From Eledone cirrhosa (Eukaryota), in the NCBI GenBank assembly GCA_964016885.1, contig OZ024763.1, positions 14,508,001 to 14,572,000 on the forward strand: a DNA stretch of 64,000 nucleotides, read 5' to 3'. Below are positions 39,561-53,948 of this stretch, in pieces (position 1 is the first letter of the stretch; each line of letters starts with the position of its first letter). Made by a program: the position numbers and the translations under genes. A model generated the notes under the pieces. It worked only from the letters and a program-made list of their open reading frames with translations. It had not been told where the DNA came from and made no database searches.

Positions 39561-39822
39561 GAGACAGAGAGAGAGAAAGAGAGAGAGAGAGACAGAGAGA
39601 GAGATGTATATATAAATAGACTCCTGTTTTATATTTAATGGTCTCTTTGAAGATAATATATTGTGTTTGTGTCTTTCTGAGATATTGTCTCGCTGTCTTC
39701 ACTTCTCAATATTCGCCATTTTCTTTTTCATTTTCTAATTATAGAAATGTCCTTCATTTTAGTATACCCCCTCTTCTATAGCCTCTTTCTCTTTCTTTCT
39801 TTTCCCCCTCTCTCCTCTCCAG

Positions 39823-39892
<70 letters not shown>

Positions 39893-40219
39893 TAACCAAA
39901 AGTTAAACAAGATTCATTGATTAATCAATGAATATAGTTTTACAATAGATTAGAAGCACTCAACAATGAAGTTTTCTGGAGTTAATATTAATTCATATAT
40001 ATATATATATATCGTATATTTCTCCCAATCTCTCTCTCTCTTCCTCATTTCTCTCTCTCCCTCTCTCAATCTCTCTCTTTCCCTCTTCTCAACCTCTCTC
40101 TCTCTCTCTCCCTCTCTCAATCTCTCTCTCTCCCTCTCTCAATCTCTCTCTCTCTCTCTCTCTCTATGCATCTCTCTGTCCCTCTTGTCTTTCAATATCT
40201 CACTCTTCCTTTCTCTTGC

Positions 40220-41005
40220 TATCATCATTATCATCATCACCCCCACCCCCTATCAGCACCGCCGCCGCCACCACCACGAGCACAACATCATCATTACCAC
40301 CGCCATCACCACGAGTTAAAGACCACCACCACCACCAACACGAGTACATTATTATCACCTCCACCATCACGAGTACAACAACATTACGAACAATACCAAA
40401 CACAACTACCACCAACACCACCACCACACGTCCACTTTCAACACCACCACCACCCCTACCACCACCACGAGTAAAACACCACCACCAACACTATCACTAC
40501 CACCGCCTTCATCACATGTACAATAGCACCACCACCACCGCCTTCATCAGGAGTACAACAGCAGCACCACCACTACCAATAGCACCACCATCACCACCAC
40601 TACCAATAGCACCACCCACCACCACCACCACTATATTATAATTCCACCACCACCACCACTACTATATTATAATTCCACTACCACCACTACTATTACTACC
40701 ACCCCTCCCCACTACTACTACTATATTATAATTCCACCACCACCACCCTACCATCACCCCCTCCACCACTACTACTATATTATAATTCCACTACCACCAC
40801 CACCCCTACACCACCACCACCACCACTACCATCACCACCACTACTACTACATTATAATTCCACTACACCACCACCACTACCACCACCACCACCACCACTA
40901 CCCCCACCACCACTACTACTACTATATTATAATTCCACCACCACTACCACCACTACCACTACACCACCACCACCACCACCACCACCACCACCTCTACTAT
41001 AATTC
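40220..41005. repeat. (ACC/ACT)n-rich low-complexity tract
   Basis: Read directly; includes a recurring ACTATATTATAATTCCAC motif. Confidence 0.85.
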
Positions 41006-41116
41006 CAATTATTCCCAGTTGTGTTTGGTCAGGTACAACATTGATTCTCATTATTTCACAATTTTTACAGAAATTACAGTTTTTTCTTTTTAGGTATTGT
41101 TATATTACTACACTAT

Positions 41117-41312
41117 GGCTTGGTGGATTGGCAGAATCGGTAGAGGGTCGGACGCCATGCTTTAAAGCATAGAGTTACGGCCCTTGCCATTCTGAGTTCA
41201 AATCCCGCCGAAGTTAACTTTGCCTTTAATCCTTACTGGGTCGGTAAAATAAAGTACCAGTAATACACTGCGATAATTGCTGGCCTTGTGCCAAAAGTAA
41301 AAACAATTATTA
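41117..41312 (+). mobile_element. SINE family A, full length
   Basis: Matches the family consensus. Confidence 0.9.
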
Positions 41313-41459
41313 TATCAACTTTTTCTAGTTGATGTCCTCTCCTTCTCCATCCCCCATTCCCCATTCCTTTATTCGATGTCATGGGAAGCACTATGACCGA
41401 ATTATTGAAACTTTGGTAGACGGAAACTGTTTGGAAGCCCGTCGGACGGACAGTTCCTG

Positions 41460-41915
41460 CAATGCAAAGGGCCAGCCTTGTCCCCCCCCACACACACACA
41501 CACAGTCATACACACACAGTGTTACACAATCTCCATGAGAATTTCGTTAAGTACACACATGTCTGTTCTGTGGAATACTCAGCCACTTGCAATACAAAAT
41601 GGACTGTACCTGTAATTTAAAAGGTCAGCATTGTCATACACTGTGCCGTGCTGAATCTCCCTGTGAACTACGTTAAGGGTACACGTGTTTGTGGAATGCT
41701 CAGACACTTCTACCGTAATACATGATAGACTGTGCCTGTCATTCAAAGGGCCAACTTTCTCACATACTGTGGATAACCGATTCTCCCTGAGAATTGCGTT
41801 AATGGTACATATGCCCGTGGAATACTCAGCCATTTACACATTAATTTAAGGAGCAGTCTGTTCGTTGATCTAACAACTGGGACACTCGTCGTCGAAATCG
41901 ACGGAGATCCATTCC
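41460..41915 (+). mobile_element. SINE family B with triplicated middle segment
   Basis: AAAGGGCCAG..TCTCCCTGAGAA..CGTTAA..GTGGAATACTCAG block occurs three times, followed by the family B 3' end. Confidence 0.65.
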
Positions 41916-42478
41916 AGTTTATGTAAACCCCCACATCGTCATGGTTTTCCGTCCCTTGAATGTATTGTCTTCAGGCATCGTAAACCCTTCTGGCCAAACA
42001 GAAAAAACAAAATCCTGATTTTACGCAGTTTGAACATTGATCAACCTAGCAAACCGTACTCATGTTTAATCAAACTGCTTGACTAAATATTCTGCCTGCT
42101 ATATCGGTTTTCAAGCCGAGTGAGGGACGGATGGAGGGGCCTGAATGTAAAATATAATTATTATGAAATAACATTTGTATTATTAAATTTTTTTAATTAT
42201 CATTATTGTCTTAAAGTGGAGTTTATTCCCCCATCCATGGATGGATGTAGTTTATCCATTTTGATGCCAAACTGCCTCAAACCTCCCCAGGTTTTACCAC
42301 ACAGAGCTGTTTGTCTTTAATGTTTTTGTATTTATTTGAAAATCTTCCATTATAAGAGCATTTGTTGCTCCAAACGTCAGCTTAATGAGAAGGTTAGTTA
42401 TCTTACTAAATCCCTCCACTTTTTTTTTATATTTTCAAAATTAATTTGAAAATCATAGACTGCGTCTTTCATAAGAAA

Positions 42479-42915
42479 TGGCGGTGAATTAACAGTATCG
42501 GTTGGGCGTCGGACAACACTCTTAGCGGCATAGAGTTATGGCCATTTATGTTCTGAGTTCAAATCCTGCCGAGGTTAGCTTTGCCTTTCATCCTTACGGA
42601 GTCGATAAATAAAGTACCAGTAATGAACTGGGGTCGATTTAATCGACTTTCCCCTCTCCCCAAATTACTGGCCTTGTGCCTAAAGTAGAAATCATTATGT
42701 TGGCAGTATCGGTAGAAGGTCCGACAACAGGCTTTGCAGCATAGAGTTATGGCCGTTTACGTTCTGAGTTCAAATCTTGTCGAGGTTAGCTTTGCCTTTC
42801 ATCCTTACGAGGTCGATAAAATAAAGTACCAGTAACGCATTGGGGTCGATTTAATTGGCTTTTACCTCCCCACAGATTGTTGTCCTTATGCCTAAATCAG
42901 AAAACATAATTATTA
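42479..42915 (+). mobile_element. Two tandem SINE family A (long variant) copies
   Basis: 42479-42698 and 42700-42915, both with a GGGGTCGATTTAAT insert. Confidence 0.85.
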
Positions 42916-44195
42916 TTCCTGACAGAATCGTGGGGGCAGAGTCCTCAAACACTCCCTCCAGCAGGCCCTGTCAGAAGTAACCGTCTCCAATTGATCCTGC
43001 TGGATCCCCAAGCGAGACCATCCAAGCTCATGGATTTTATCCAACCATCTTGTTCGGGGTTTACCCCTGGCTCACCTGCTAATTGGTTTTGGTTAAAACA
43101 TCCGTCCAGTGATTCTTTCCTGAGACATTCTAACCACATGTCCATAGTATCGGAGCTGTGATCTCTCAATTCGGAGAAGTAGCAGCTCTACCTGGAGCGA
43201 CTCTCCAGTGGTTCTTTCCTGAGACATTCTAACCACATGCCCATAGTATCACAGCTGTGATCTCTCAATTCGGAGAAGTAGCAGCTCTACCTTGAGCGAC
43301 TCTCCAGTGGTTCTTTCCTGAGACATTCTAACCACATGCCCATAGTATCACAGCTGTGATCTCTCAATTCGGAGAAGTAGCAGCTCTACCTGGAGCGACT
43401 CTCCAGTGGTTCTTTCCTGAGACATTCTAACCACATGCCCATAGTATCACAGCTGTGATCTCTCAATTCGGAGAAGTAGCAGCTCTACCTTGAGCGACTC
43501 TCCAGTGGTTCTTTCCTGAGACATTCTAACCACATGCCCATAGTATCGGAGCTGTGATCTCTCAATTCGGAGAAGTAGCAGCTCTACCTTGAGCGACTCT
43601 CCAGTGGTTCTTTCCTGAGACATTCTAACCACATGCCCATAGTATCACAGCTGTGATCTCTCAATTCGGAATAGTAGCAGCTCTACCTGGAGCGACTCTC
43701 CAGTGGTTCTTTCCTGAGACATTCTAACCACATGCCCATAGTATCGGAGCTGTGATCTCTCAATTTGAAGAAGTAGCAGCTCTACCTTGAGCAACTCTCC
43801 AGTGGTTCTTTCCTGAGACATTCTAACCACATGCCCATAGTATCGGAGCTGTGATCTCTCAATTTGGAGAAGTAGCAGCTCTACCTTGAGCGACTGTCCA
43901 GTGGTTCTTTCCTGAGACATTCTAACCACATGCCCATAGTATCGGAGCTGTGATCTCTCAATTCGGAGAAGTAGCAGCTCTACCTTGAGCGACTCTCCAG
44001 TGGTTCTTTCCTGAGACATTCTAACCGCATGCCCATAGTATCGGAGCTGTGATCTCTCAATTCAGAGAAGTAGCAGCTCTACCTTGAGCGACTGTCCAGT
44101 GGTTCTTTCCTGAGACATTCTAACCGCATGCCCATAGTATCGGAGCTGTGATCCCTCAATTCGGCGAAGTAGCAGCTCTACCTTGGGCGACTCTC
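42916..44195 (-). mobile_element. RTE (Expander-like) LINE 3' fragment with internal 99-bp tandem amplification
   Basis: Translation LLLRIERSQLRYYGHVVRMSQER..RGKPRTRWLDKIHELGWSRLGI..DRACWRECLRTLPPR, typical of an RTE ORF C-terminus. Confidence 0.85.
43105..44195. repeat. 99-bp (33-codon) minisatellite, ~11 copies
   Basis: TCTTTCCTGAGAC starts at 43114 and 43213. Confidence 0.95.
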
Positions 44196-44920
44196 TGATA
44201 AGGGTTAACTCGAATACCGAATTGAAGATGGTGAGTTTAGTTTTTACTCATACCCCCTTCTTCTGATGACCGAATGCCGAAGAATGGATCCATGTTCTGT
44301 GGCTAGTTAATGAATTCATGTTCAATGCCCAGTTAATTTATTCATGTTCAGTGGCCAGTTAAATGAATGTCATTTATTAGAGCAGAATGAAATTAATTTT
44401 GATAAAATAATTGCTTTTTGGTTTCGTCAACATATACACACAAATACACACATACACATAGACACACAAACACATATATATATACAAACACACACAGACA
44501 TATATATACACACAGATACGGAAGCATATATATATACACAGGCACACAAACATATATACACACAGACACGCAAACACACGAATATATATATATATACACA
44601 CAGAGACACACAAACATATATGTACACGGACAGACAAACATATACATACACACACACAAACATATATATATATATATATGCACGCAGATACAAACATATA
44701 TGTGCACGTAGATACACACACATACACAAACATTTATATATACATATAGACAGTCGAACATGTATATACACATAGAGACATATATACACAGACACACAGA
44801 CATGTATATACACACACAAAGACATTTATATACACACACACAGATAGTAATAATAATAAATGCGAAGACTAAAATCCAAAGAGGGCTCGATAAGGATAAA
44901 TATATATCAAATATATAAGA

Positions 44921-44957
<37 letters not shown>

Positions 44958-45000
44958 ATGTTTAACCCCGACGGCAGAAGTTCTAGTATATATATATATA

Positions 45001-45715
45001 GAGAGAGAGAGAGAAGAGAGAGGGGAGAAAGAGAGAGAGAGGAGCGAGAGGAGAGAGAGGAGAGGAAGGAAAGGAGAGAGAGAGCAGAGAGGGAGAGGAG
45101 AGAGCAGAGAGGGAGAGCAGAGAGGGAGAGAGCAGAGGGGAGAGAAGAGAGAAGAGAGGGAGAGAAGAGAGGGAGAGAAGAGAGGAGAGAGAGGAGAGAG
45201 GAGAGAGGAGGGAGAGAAGAGAGGAGAGAGAGGAGAGAGAAGAGAGAGAGGGGAGAGAGAGGAGAGAGAGAGAGGAGAGAGAGAGGAGAGAGAGGAGAGA
45301 GAGATATGAGATGGAGGGAGACGGGGGGGGGAGACGGGGGGAGAGAGAGGGGGGAGCAGAGAGTGGGAGGAGAGAGAGTGAGAGAGGAGAGAGAGTGAGA
45401 GGAGAGAGGAAAGAGAGAGAGGAGAGAGAGAGAGGAAACGGAGAGAGAGAGGAAACAGAGAGAGGAAAGAGAGAGGAAACAGAGAGAGGAAACAGAGAGA
45501 GGAGAGAGAGAGGAAGGAGAGAGAGAGGAAGGAGAGAGAGAGGGAGGAGAGAGAGAGGGAGGAGAGAGAGAGGGAGGAGAGAGAGGGAGGGAGGAGAGAG
45601 GGAGGAGAGAGAGGGAGAGAGGAAAGAGAGAGAGAGAGGAGAGAGAGAGGGAGGAGAGAGAGAGGAGAGAGAGGGAGGAGAGAGAGGAAGGAGAGAGAGA
45701 GGAAAGAGAGAGAGA
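45001..45715. repeat. (GA/GGA)n polypurine tract
   Basis: Read directly. Confidence 0.95.
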
Positions 45716-45847
45716 TAAAAATATAATATACATATATAGAATATGTAACAACAAGGCCGGTGCTCCACCATGGCCTAAGCCTGATGGCTGAAACAGGTAA
45801 ACAAATAAAAGAGAATATATATATATAGAGAGAGAGAGAGGAAGAGA

Positions 45848-45890
<43 letters not shown>

Positions 45891-46248
45891 AGTTTATATA
45901 TATATATAAAATTGAAAAAAAAAAAGAGTCTCGCGTGGCTAAAAAACAGGAATGAATAAAACAAATATGCCCAAAGACAGGAAAATAAACGAATACAGAC
46001 AGTAGTCCCATCCCCTCAGTTGATCATAAGAGATACCTCTAGAGATCAAACTACGTATATTTCAGTTATGCTGTAACCAGTGAGCTGAACGACCTCTCAG
46101 AATAATCACCGTCTAAATTAGAAAGCTTAATTAAACAGATTTGTTCTTTTGTTTTTTTAATGTAAACAACATTATATGTATAATAACGAATTTTGGGAGC
46201 GCTGAGGAGTTTTGAAATTAATAGAACATGTCGGAAACTATTTTATAC

Positions 46249-46304
<56 letters not shown>

Positions 46305-46485
46305 AAAGTTCTATTTAAAATTGTTGGGATACAACAAGTAAATATTTTTATAACTGATATAAAGCACTCGACAGTTGTTTGGAGTAGATATACGATATAC
46401 GATATTAATCCTGATGGCTTCCAAAAATAATGGTTGCATTTTAAAAGGGTACGTCAAAGCTTATTTGTAAAACTGTTATATATTG

Positions 46486-46550
46486 TATTTTGTCTGATGA
46501 AGGCATACCATAATGTAATTTGGTATCCCTGAAATATGTATAATGAAATA
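46486..46550 (+). ncRNA. Type I hammerhead ribozyme fold (AT-rich PLE family)
   Basis: Helix I TATTTTGT/ATGAAATA; CTGATGA 46494-46500; helix II AGGCATACCA/TGGTATCCCT; GAAA 46531-46534; helix III ATATGTAT; AUA site. Confidence 0.75.
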
Positions 46551-46589
46551 AATATGGTTTTATAAATATAGTTTCCATTTATTAATATC

Positions 46590-46641
<52 letters not shown>

Positions 46642-47397
46642 ATAATTATAAATATATATATAATTATAAATAATAAATATATATATACATATATATATAT
46701 TATATATATATATGTATGTATAATTATAAATATATATATTATATATATATATATTATATATGTATGTATATATATATGTATATATGTATATATGTATATA
46801 TATATATTTATTATTATTATATATATTATATATGTATGTATATATCTATGTATATATGTATGGGACAGAAAGAAAAGTGTCTTCAAATTGGAAATCTGGT
46901 CCTTATGCTGGCAACAGTGGACAAGGACCAGATGGTGGTGTGCAAAATTACTACTTGGCCCTTGTTTTTCTCCTTTCCCTTGAAATGTAGGATTTTTGTT
47001 ATCTCTTGTTAAAACAAATGTTTTATGTGTGTGTGTGTTGTGTGTTGCTTATGTGTGTGAATGGTGCTGTTTACATGTTTGTGTGTATTGCTTTACTTCT
47101 CAGCTTCAGCAATTTTTTTTTTTTTAAATTTATTTTGACTTTCAATTTTTTTTATTTGATGCTGCTTAGCTTACATACCTTCGTGGGGTGGTTGAGGTTG
47201 TTGGTGTGGGTATGAGGGTTATTGAGACAGTGGGTCAGAGTAGTGGCAGATAGAGAATGGTGGGTTAGGCTGTGTGTAAGATGCAACAAATGGAAAAGAG
47301 TGGGTGTCAGGATTTACTTCAGTCCCTTACACATCCTTCCCCTGGACTCTGTAAATTTGATCTTGAGTTAGATTAAACAATCTTTATAGTTCATTTG

Positions 47398-47545
47398 AAG
47401 CGGCGAATTGGCAGTATCATTAGAACATCTGATAGGAATGCTTTGCCATATTCATTCCGGGTCACCGAGTTCAAATCCTGCCGAGGCCAACTTTACTTTT
47501 CATCCTTCCAATGTTGATAAGAAGTACCAGCCTAATAACGGGGTT
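47398..47545 (+). mobile_element. SINE family A-related, diverged
   Basis: GGCGAATTGGCAGTATC head, GAGTTCAAATCC, TTTCATCCTT and AAGTACCAG motifs. Confidence 0.7.
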
Positions 47546-47764
47546 AATACTTCCTCTGTTCAGACATGGGGATGAGCTCTGCCAGGTTTAAATATTCACA
47601 AGGAACATGTGAATATGGTGCCTCTACAATTCCATCAGGAGTTACGGTCCCATGCATACATATTTTAACTGATGGAGTGACACAGGATTCTTTCTCGTTA
47701 TCTTCCCTGCTCCTTCCCAAGACCCTCTACTAAGTTGTTGTTTAGACCCGCTCCTCTCTGGTTT

Positions 47765-49975
47765 ACACCGTTCAGACAGGCCTATTATAACAAGCCCGGT
47801 TCTACCACACCGTTCAGACAGGCCTATTATAACAAGCCCGGTTCTACCACACCGTTCAGACAGGCCTATTATAACAAGCCCGGTTCTACCACACCGTTCA
47901 GACAGGCCTATTATAACAAGCCCGGTTCTACCACACCGTTCAGACAGGCCTATTATAACAAGCCCGGTTCTACCACACCGTTCAGACAGGCCTATTATAA
48001 CAAGCCCGGTTCTACCACACCGTTCAGACAGGCCTATTATAACAAGCCCGGTTCTACCACACCGTTCAGACAGGCCTATTATAACAAGCCCGGTTCTACC
48101 ACACCGTTCAGACAGGCCTATTATAACAAGCTCGGTTCTATCACGAGAGAGATGAAGGCGATGACAGTGGGAATTTGGCTCATCCGTATTCGGACACATT
48201 GTACTTGTCATGTGGAACATGGGATAATTTCATTTTACTTGTCACAAGCCAGGTCCTAGCATACCGGTCAGACATGCCTGTTACAACAAGCCCAGTCCTA
48301 CCACCGTTCAGACATGGCTATTACAAGCCCGGTCGTAACGCACCATTCAGACATGGCTATTACTACAAGCCCTGTCTAGCACACCATTCAGACATGCCTG
48401 TTACAACAAGCCCAGTCCTACCACACCATTCAGACATGCCTGTTACAACAAGCCCAGTCTACCACACCATTCAGACATGCCTGTTACAACAAGCCCAGTC
48501 CTACCACACCATTCAGACATGCCTGTTACAACAAGCCCTGTCTAGCACACCATTCAGACATGCCTGTTACAACAAGCCCTGTCTCGCACACCATTCAGAC
48601 ATGCCTGTTACAACAAGCCCAGTCCTACCACACCATTCAGACATGCCTGTTACAACAAGCCCAGTCCTACCACACCATTCAGACATGCCTGTTACTACAA
48701 GCCCTGTCTACCACACCACTCAGACATGGCTATTACAACAATCCCAGTCTACCACACCATTCAGACATGCCTGTTACAACAAGCCCAGTCTACCACACCA
48801 TTCAGACATGCCTGTTACAACAAGCCCAGTCCTACCACACCATTCAGACATGCCTGTTACAACAAGCCCTGTCTAGCACACCATTCAGACATGCCTGTTA
48901 CAACAAGCCCTGTCGACCACACCATTCAGACATGCCTGTTACAAGCCCTGTCTACCACACCATTCAGACATGCCTGTTACAACAAGCCCAGTCTACCACA
49001 CCATTCAAACAGGCCTATTACAACAAGCTCAGTCCTACCACACCATTCAGACATGCCTGTTACAACAAGCTCAGTCCTACCACACCATTCAGACATGCCT
49101 GTTACAACAAGCCCAATCCTACCACACCATTCAGACATGCCTGTTACAAGCCCTGTCTACCACACCATTCAGACATGCCTGTTACAACAAGCCCAGTCTA
49201 CCACACCATTCAGACATGCCTGTTACAACAAGCCCAGTCTACCACACCATTTAGACATGCCTGTTACAACAAGCCCAGTCTACCACACCATTCAAACATG
49301 TCTGTTACAACAAGCCCAGTCTACCTCACCATTCAAACAGGCCTATTATAACAAGCCCAGCCTACCACAGCATTCAGACATGCCTGTTACAACAAGCTCA
49401 GTCCTACCACACCATTCAAACAGGCATATTATAACAAGCCCAGCCTACCACACCATTCAGACATGCCTGTTACAACAAGCCCTGTCTACCACACCATTCA
49501 GACATGCCTGTTACAAGCCCAGTCCTACCACACCATTCAGACATGCCTGTTACAACATTCTCAGTCCTACCACACCATTCAGACATGCCTGTTACAACAA
49601 TCCCAGTCTACCACACCATTCAAACAGGCCTATTATAACAAGCCCAGCCTACCACACCATTCAGACATGCCTATTATAACAAGCCCAGCCTACCACACCA
49701 TTCAGACATGCCTATTATAACAAGCCCAGCCTACCACACCATTCAGACAGGCCTATTATAACAAGCCCAGCCTACCACACCATTCAGACAGGCCTATTAT
49801 AACAAGCCCAGCCTACCACACCATTCAGACATGCCTGTTACAACAAGCCCAGTCTACCATACCATTCAGACAGGCCTGTTACAACAAGCCCAGTCCTACC
49901 ACACCGTTCAGACAGGCCTGTTACAACAAGCCCAGTCCTACCACACCATTCAGACATGTCTATTACAACAAGCCC
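47765..49975. repeat. 41-42-bp minisatellite in two sub-arrays
   Basis: ACACCGTTCAGACAGGCCTATTATAACAAGCCCGGTTCTACC x~9 (47765-48140); variant units at 48245-49975. Confidence 0.95.
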
Positions 49976-50410
49976 ACCATTTCCTCTCCGCACGTCACCT
50001 ACTCCATATTTGTTCTAGTCTCTATGGCTCTAACTGACCATCTTCCTCACGGGCGTTCTTCGTTCGAAATATCGAACATTCAATTATAAACGTATTTTGT
50101 CCTTGCCATATAATTCACTTAAGTTCTACTTTCGGTTTGGTCTCGTAAAATATTCCAAGACAGTCTTGTAGCTATCTAGTCAGACATTGTTGCCGGTGTA
50201 GCAATGTTGTTTGCGACTTGCATCACGATTCCTCTTGCCCCTCCTTTGTTGAGTTACATACCTACACACACATATGTGTGTGTAGGTATGTAAATATATA
50301 TATATATATATATTTGTGTATGTATGTATATATATATATATTTGTGTATGTATATATATATTTGTGTATGTATGTATATTTGTGTATGTATATATATATA
50401 TTTGTGTATG

Positions 50411-50449
<39 letters not shown>

Positions 50450-50462
50450 GTATGTATGTATT

Positions 50463-50493
<31 letters not shown>

Positions 50494-50506
50494 TTGTGTA
50501 TGTATG

Positions 50507-50544
<38 letters not shown>

Positions 50545-50601
50545 GTATGTATATATATATATATTTGTGTGTATGTATATATATGTGTGCGTATGTGTGT
50601 G

Positions 50602-50633
<32 letters not shown>

Positions 50634-50680
50634 ATATACACACACATATATATGTGTGTGTGTGTATACATATACGCGTA

Positions 50681-50719
<39 letters not shown>

Positions 50720-51213
50720 TTTGATGATCTTTCACTTCTACAAGTAGATTCTTGGCTAAACACTGACATCGTTGTTGTTGATGTTGTTGTCCTTTGATCA
50801 TTCTCTGTAATTTGCTTCTGTTAACAACAACAACAACAACAGCGACACCATTCAATGACTAATACCCCCCCCCCCCCCCGTCACTGTCCCTCCCATCAAT
50901 TCTCTTTTATTGACTAATTTCAACTTGTTGGGATTGTCTACACACACACGCACACACACACACACGCACATACACTCACACACACACGTGCACACATACA
51001 CACGCACATACACTCACGCACATACACACGCACACACATACACACGCACATACACTCACACACGCACATACACTCACACACACACGTGCACACATACACA
51101 CGCACACACATACACACACATACACACGCACATACACACGCACATATACACACACGCACACATACACATATACACACACGCGCACACACATACACACACA
51201 CGCACGCACATAC

Positions 51214-51307
51214 AACTTTGCCTTTCATCCTTACAGGGTCGATAAAATAAAGTACCAGTAATGCACTGGGTATTTGCTGGCCTTGTGCCAAAAGTGGAAA
51301 CAATTAT
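51214..51307 (+). mobile_element. SINE family A 3' fragment
   Basis: Matches the family 3' half. Confidence 0.85.
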
Positions 51308-51455
51308 TTATGTGTATTGTGCATATATGTGTTACGCACACCTACAGACACACACACACATACACACATATAGATATATAGGTATGTGTGTCTATCTGTG
51401 TGTATACATATATATATATATTACATACAGAGAAAGAAAGTAAAAATATGTATAT

Positions 51456-51670
51456 GAAGGCGTGTGGCTGAGTGGTTAGAGAATTGGATTCGCAATCGTA
51501 AGGTTGTGAGTTCGATTCCTGGACCAGGCGATGCGTTATGTCCTTGAGCAAGACACTTTATTTCACGTTGCTCCTTCTACCTGGAGTTGCGACCGATAGA
51601 TAGTATTAGCAATTGGAAAGACCAACGGAAACATTGTTCCCTCGGTCCGATTTGACGAAAGTCGATCGTT
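51456..51670 (+). mobile_element. SINE family C
   Basis: Near-identical to 34343-34556. Confidence 0.85.
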
Positions 51671-51707
<37 letters not shown>

Positions 51708-51709
<2 letters not shown>

Positions 51710-51883
51710 CGGAGGAGGTGTGGTAAGGAACCAGATGGACCATAACGTACCAAAGTACTCAATACTTAGGGTAGTAGAGTGGGTAATAGGAGAAAATATG
51801 TCCCCGACGGCAGAGCTGACTTTAGTCCAGAAATAGCCGTCGAAACGGCTTGAGCTCTGCCGTCGGGGTAATACTTTCTCCTA
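51708..51883 (-). mobile_element. PLE terminal family A fold-back copy
   Basis: Family tail plus imperfect palindrome in (TA)n. Confidence 0.65.
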
Positions 51884-52061
51884 TATATATTTATATATAT
51901 ATATATACAATTGTAGACACACAGACGCAGGCCTATGCACATACATAGGCAAACACACACACATACCTACATACATTCGTGTACACACACACACATATAT
52001 ATATTTGTACACAATTAGCCGTCGAAACGGCTTGATCTCAGCCGTCGGGGTCTTACTTGTT

Positions 52062-52099
<38 letters not shown>

Positions 52100-52867
52100 C
52101 ACACTCACAGACATACCTACCTACTTACATATACAAACACACACACATACCTACATACATTCGTGTACACACGCACACTCACATATATATATATATATAT
52201 ACACACACTCACAGACATACCTACTTACATACATACATACATAAACACATACGTACCTAGATACACATGCATACACACATACTAACACTCAAATATACCT
52301 ACATACATACATACCTACATATACACACACACATACAGACTAACACACATACCTACACACTAAATACTCATCCCTTACGTCTTTCTGTTTTATTGTCAAA
52401 ATGTCCGCCATTTCTTTTGTTTTTTTTTAAATGTTTCATTTTCTTTTGTCTGTTTGTTTTTTGTTGTTTTGTTTATATCCCAGTTTACAAACAACAACAA
52501 AAGCACAATAAAAATAACAGAACAATATTAAAACAATAATGAAGCAATAACAATGGATGTTTCCAGCCCTCTTTTATTTCGCCTTCACTGGAAAATCTCT
52601 CTCTCTATCTACCCCCCTCTTTCTCTCTCAGTCTCTCTCTCTCTCAGTCTCTCTCTCTCTCTCTCTCTCTCTCACACCATTTAACTTCTTTCTAACACCT
52701 TTTTTTTTTCAATTGGATTTTATTTTACAAAATTATGTTCAGCTATAAGTCATTTTTGACAACTTCTTTCCCTTTCCTTATTGCCCGCCATAACTCATTG
52801 TTTACACACACATACACACACACACATATATTTGTCTCCATGTATGTGTATGTATGTATGTATATAT

Positions 52868-53089
52868 AACGAAGGAAATGTGGTAAGGAACCAGATGGAC
52901 CATAACGCACCAAAGTACTCAATACTTAGGGTAGTAGAGTGGGTAATAGGAACGAGTAGGACCCCGACGGCTGAGCTCAAGCCGTTTCGACGGCTAATTC
53001 TGGACTCTAATTAATTCGACGGCTAATTATGTCCAAAATTAGCCGTCGAACCGACTTGAGCTCAGCCGTCGGGGTCCTACTCGTTCCTA
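52868..53089 (-). mobile_element. PLE terminal family A palindrome plus tail
   Basis: Reverse complement of 33619-33812, with a rearranged centre. Confidence 0.7.
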
Positions 53090-53193
53090 TATATATATAT
53101 ATATAAGAAGTTGACGGACCCAGCATAGGCATCAGTGCTAGGACCGGTTTCATCTCAGCGTACTCAATACGCTCCCATATATATATATATACA

Positions 53194-53232
<39 letters not shown>

Positions 53233-53628
53233 TACTTGGGGAGGGTCATATTTGTGTAATATTGCCAGAATTAATAACAGAACACACTCACTGTTTGGTT
53301 GGTTTTCGCTTCTCGCTGTCTTTTATATCTGCGATCTAACTTACTCGGTCCTCAATGTTGCCATTGACTGACCGACGGTCAAAAATAATACAGATACAAT
53401 ATAGACACAAACACATATATATAGTTTACATAATTTACATAAATCTTTCGTTGCACATCTGCAACATCGTCAGTGGTGTTATATTTTTTTTCCTCCTGTT
53501 GTGTTGTATGTCTACGCCATTTTTTTTATTCAGTCTGTCTATATATGCAAATATATACGCAAATATGACCCTCCCCAAGTATAACAATATCTGTTTCGAC
53601 ACACGATTTCATATAAAAAACCTCGCTA

Positions 53629-53662
<34 letters not shown>

Positions 53663-53683
53663 CCTTCTCTCTATTTCTCTTAC

Positions 53684-53720
<37 letters not shown>

Positions 53721-53722
<2 letters not shown>

Positions 53723-53912
53723 CGAAGGAAATGTGGTAAGGAACCAGGTGGACCATAACGCACCAAAGTACTCAATACTTAGGGTAGTAGAGTGGGTAAT
53801 AGGAACGAGTAGGACCCCGACGGCTGAGCTCAAGCCGTTTCGACGGCTAATTCTGGACTCCAGAATTAGCCGTCGAAACGGCTTGAGCTCAGCCGTCAGG
53901 GTCCTACTCGTT

Positions 53913-53916
<4 letters not shown>
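53721..53916 (-). mobile_element. PLE terminal family A palindrome plus tail
   Basis: Reverse complement of 33619-33812; centre CTGGACTCCAG. Confidence 0.7.

Positions 53917-53948
<32 letters not shown>

Noticed and set aside
46202-46225. CTGAGGA-GTTTT-GAAA-TTAA-TA
   Set aside because: Core letters present but helices I and II do not form.
51456-51530. tRNA-like sequence with A and B boxes (also other SINE heads)
   Set aside because: Continues into a SINE body shared by multiple copies; no complete cloverleaf.
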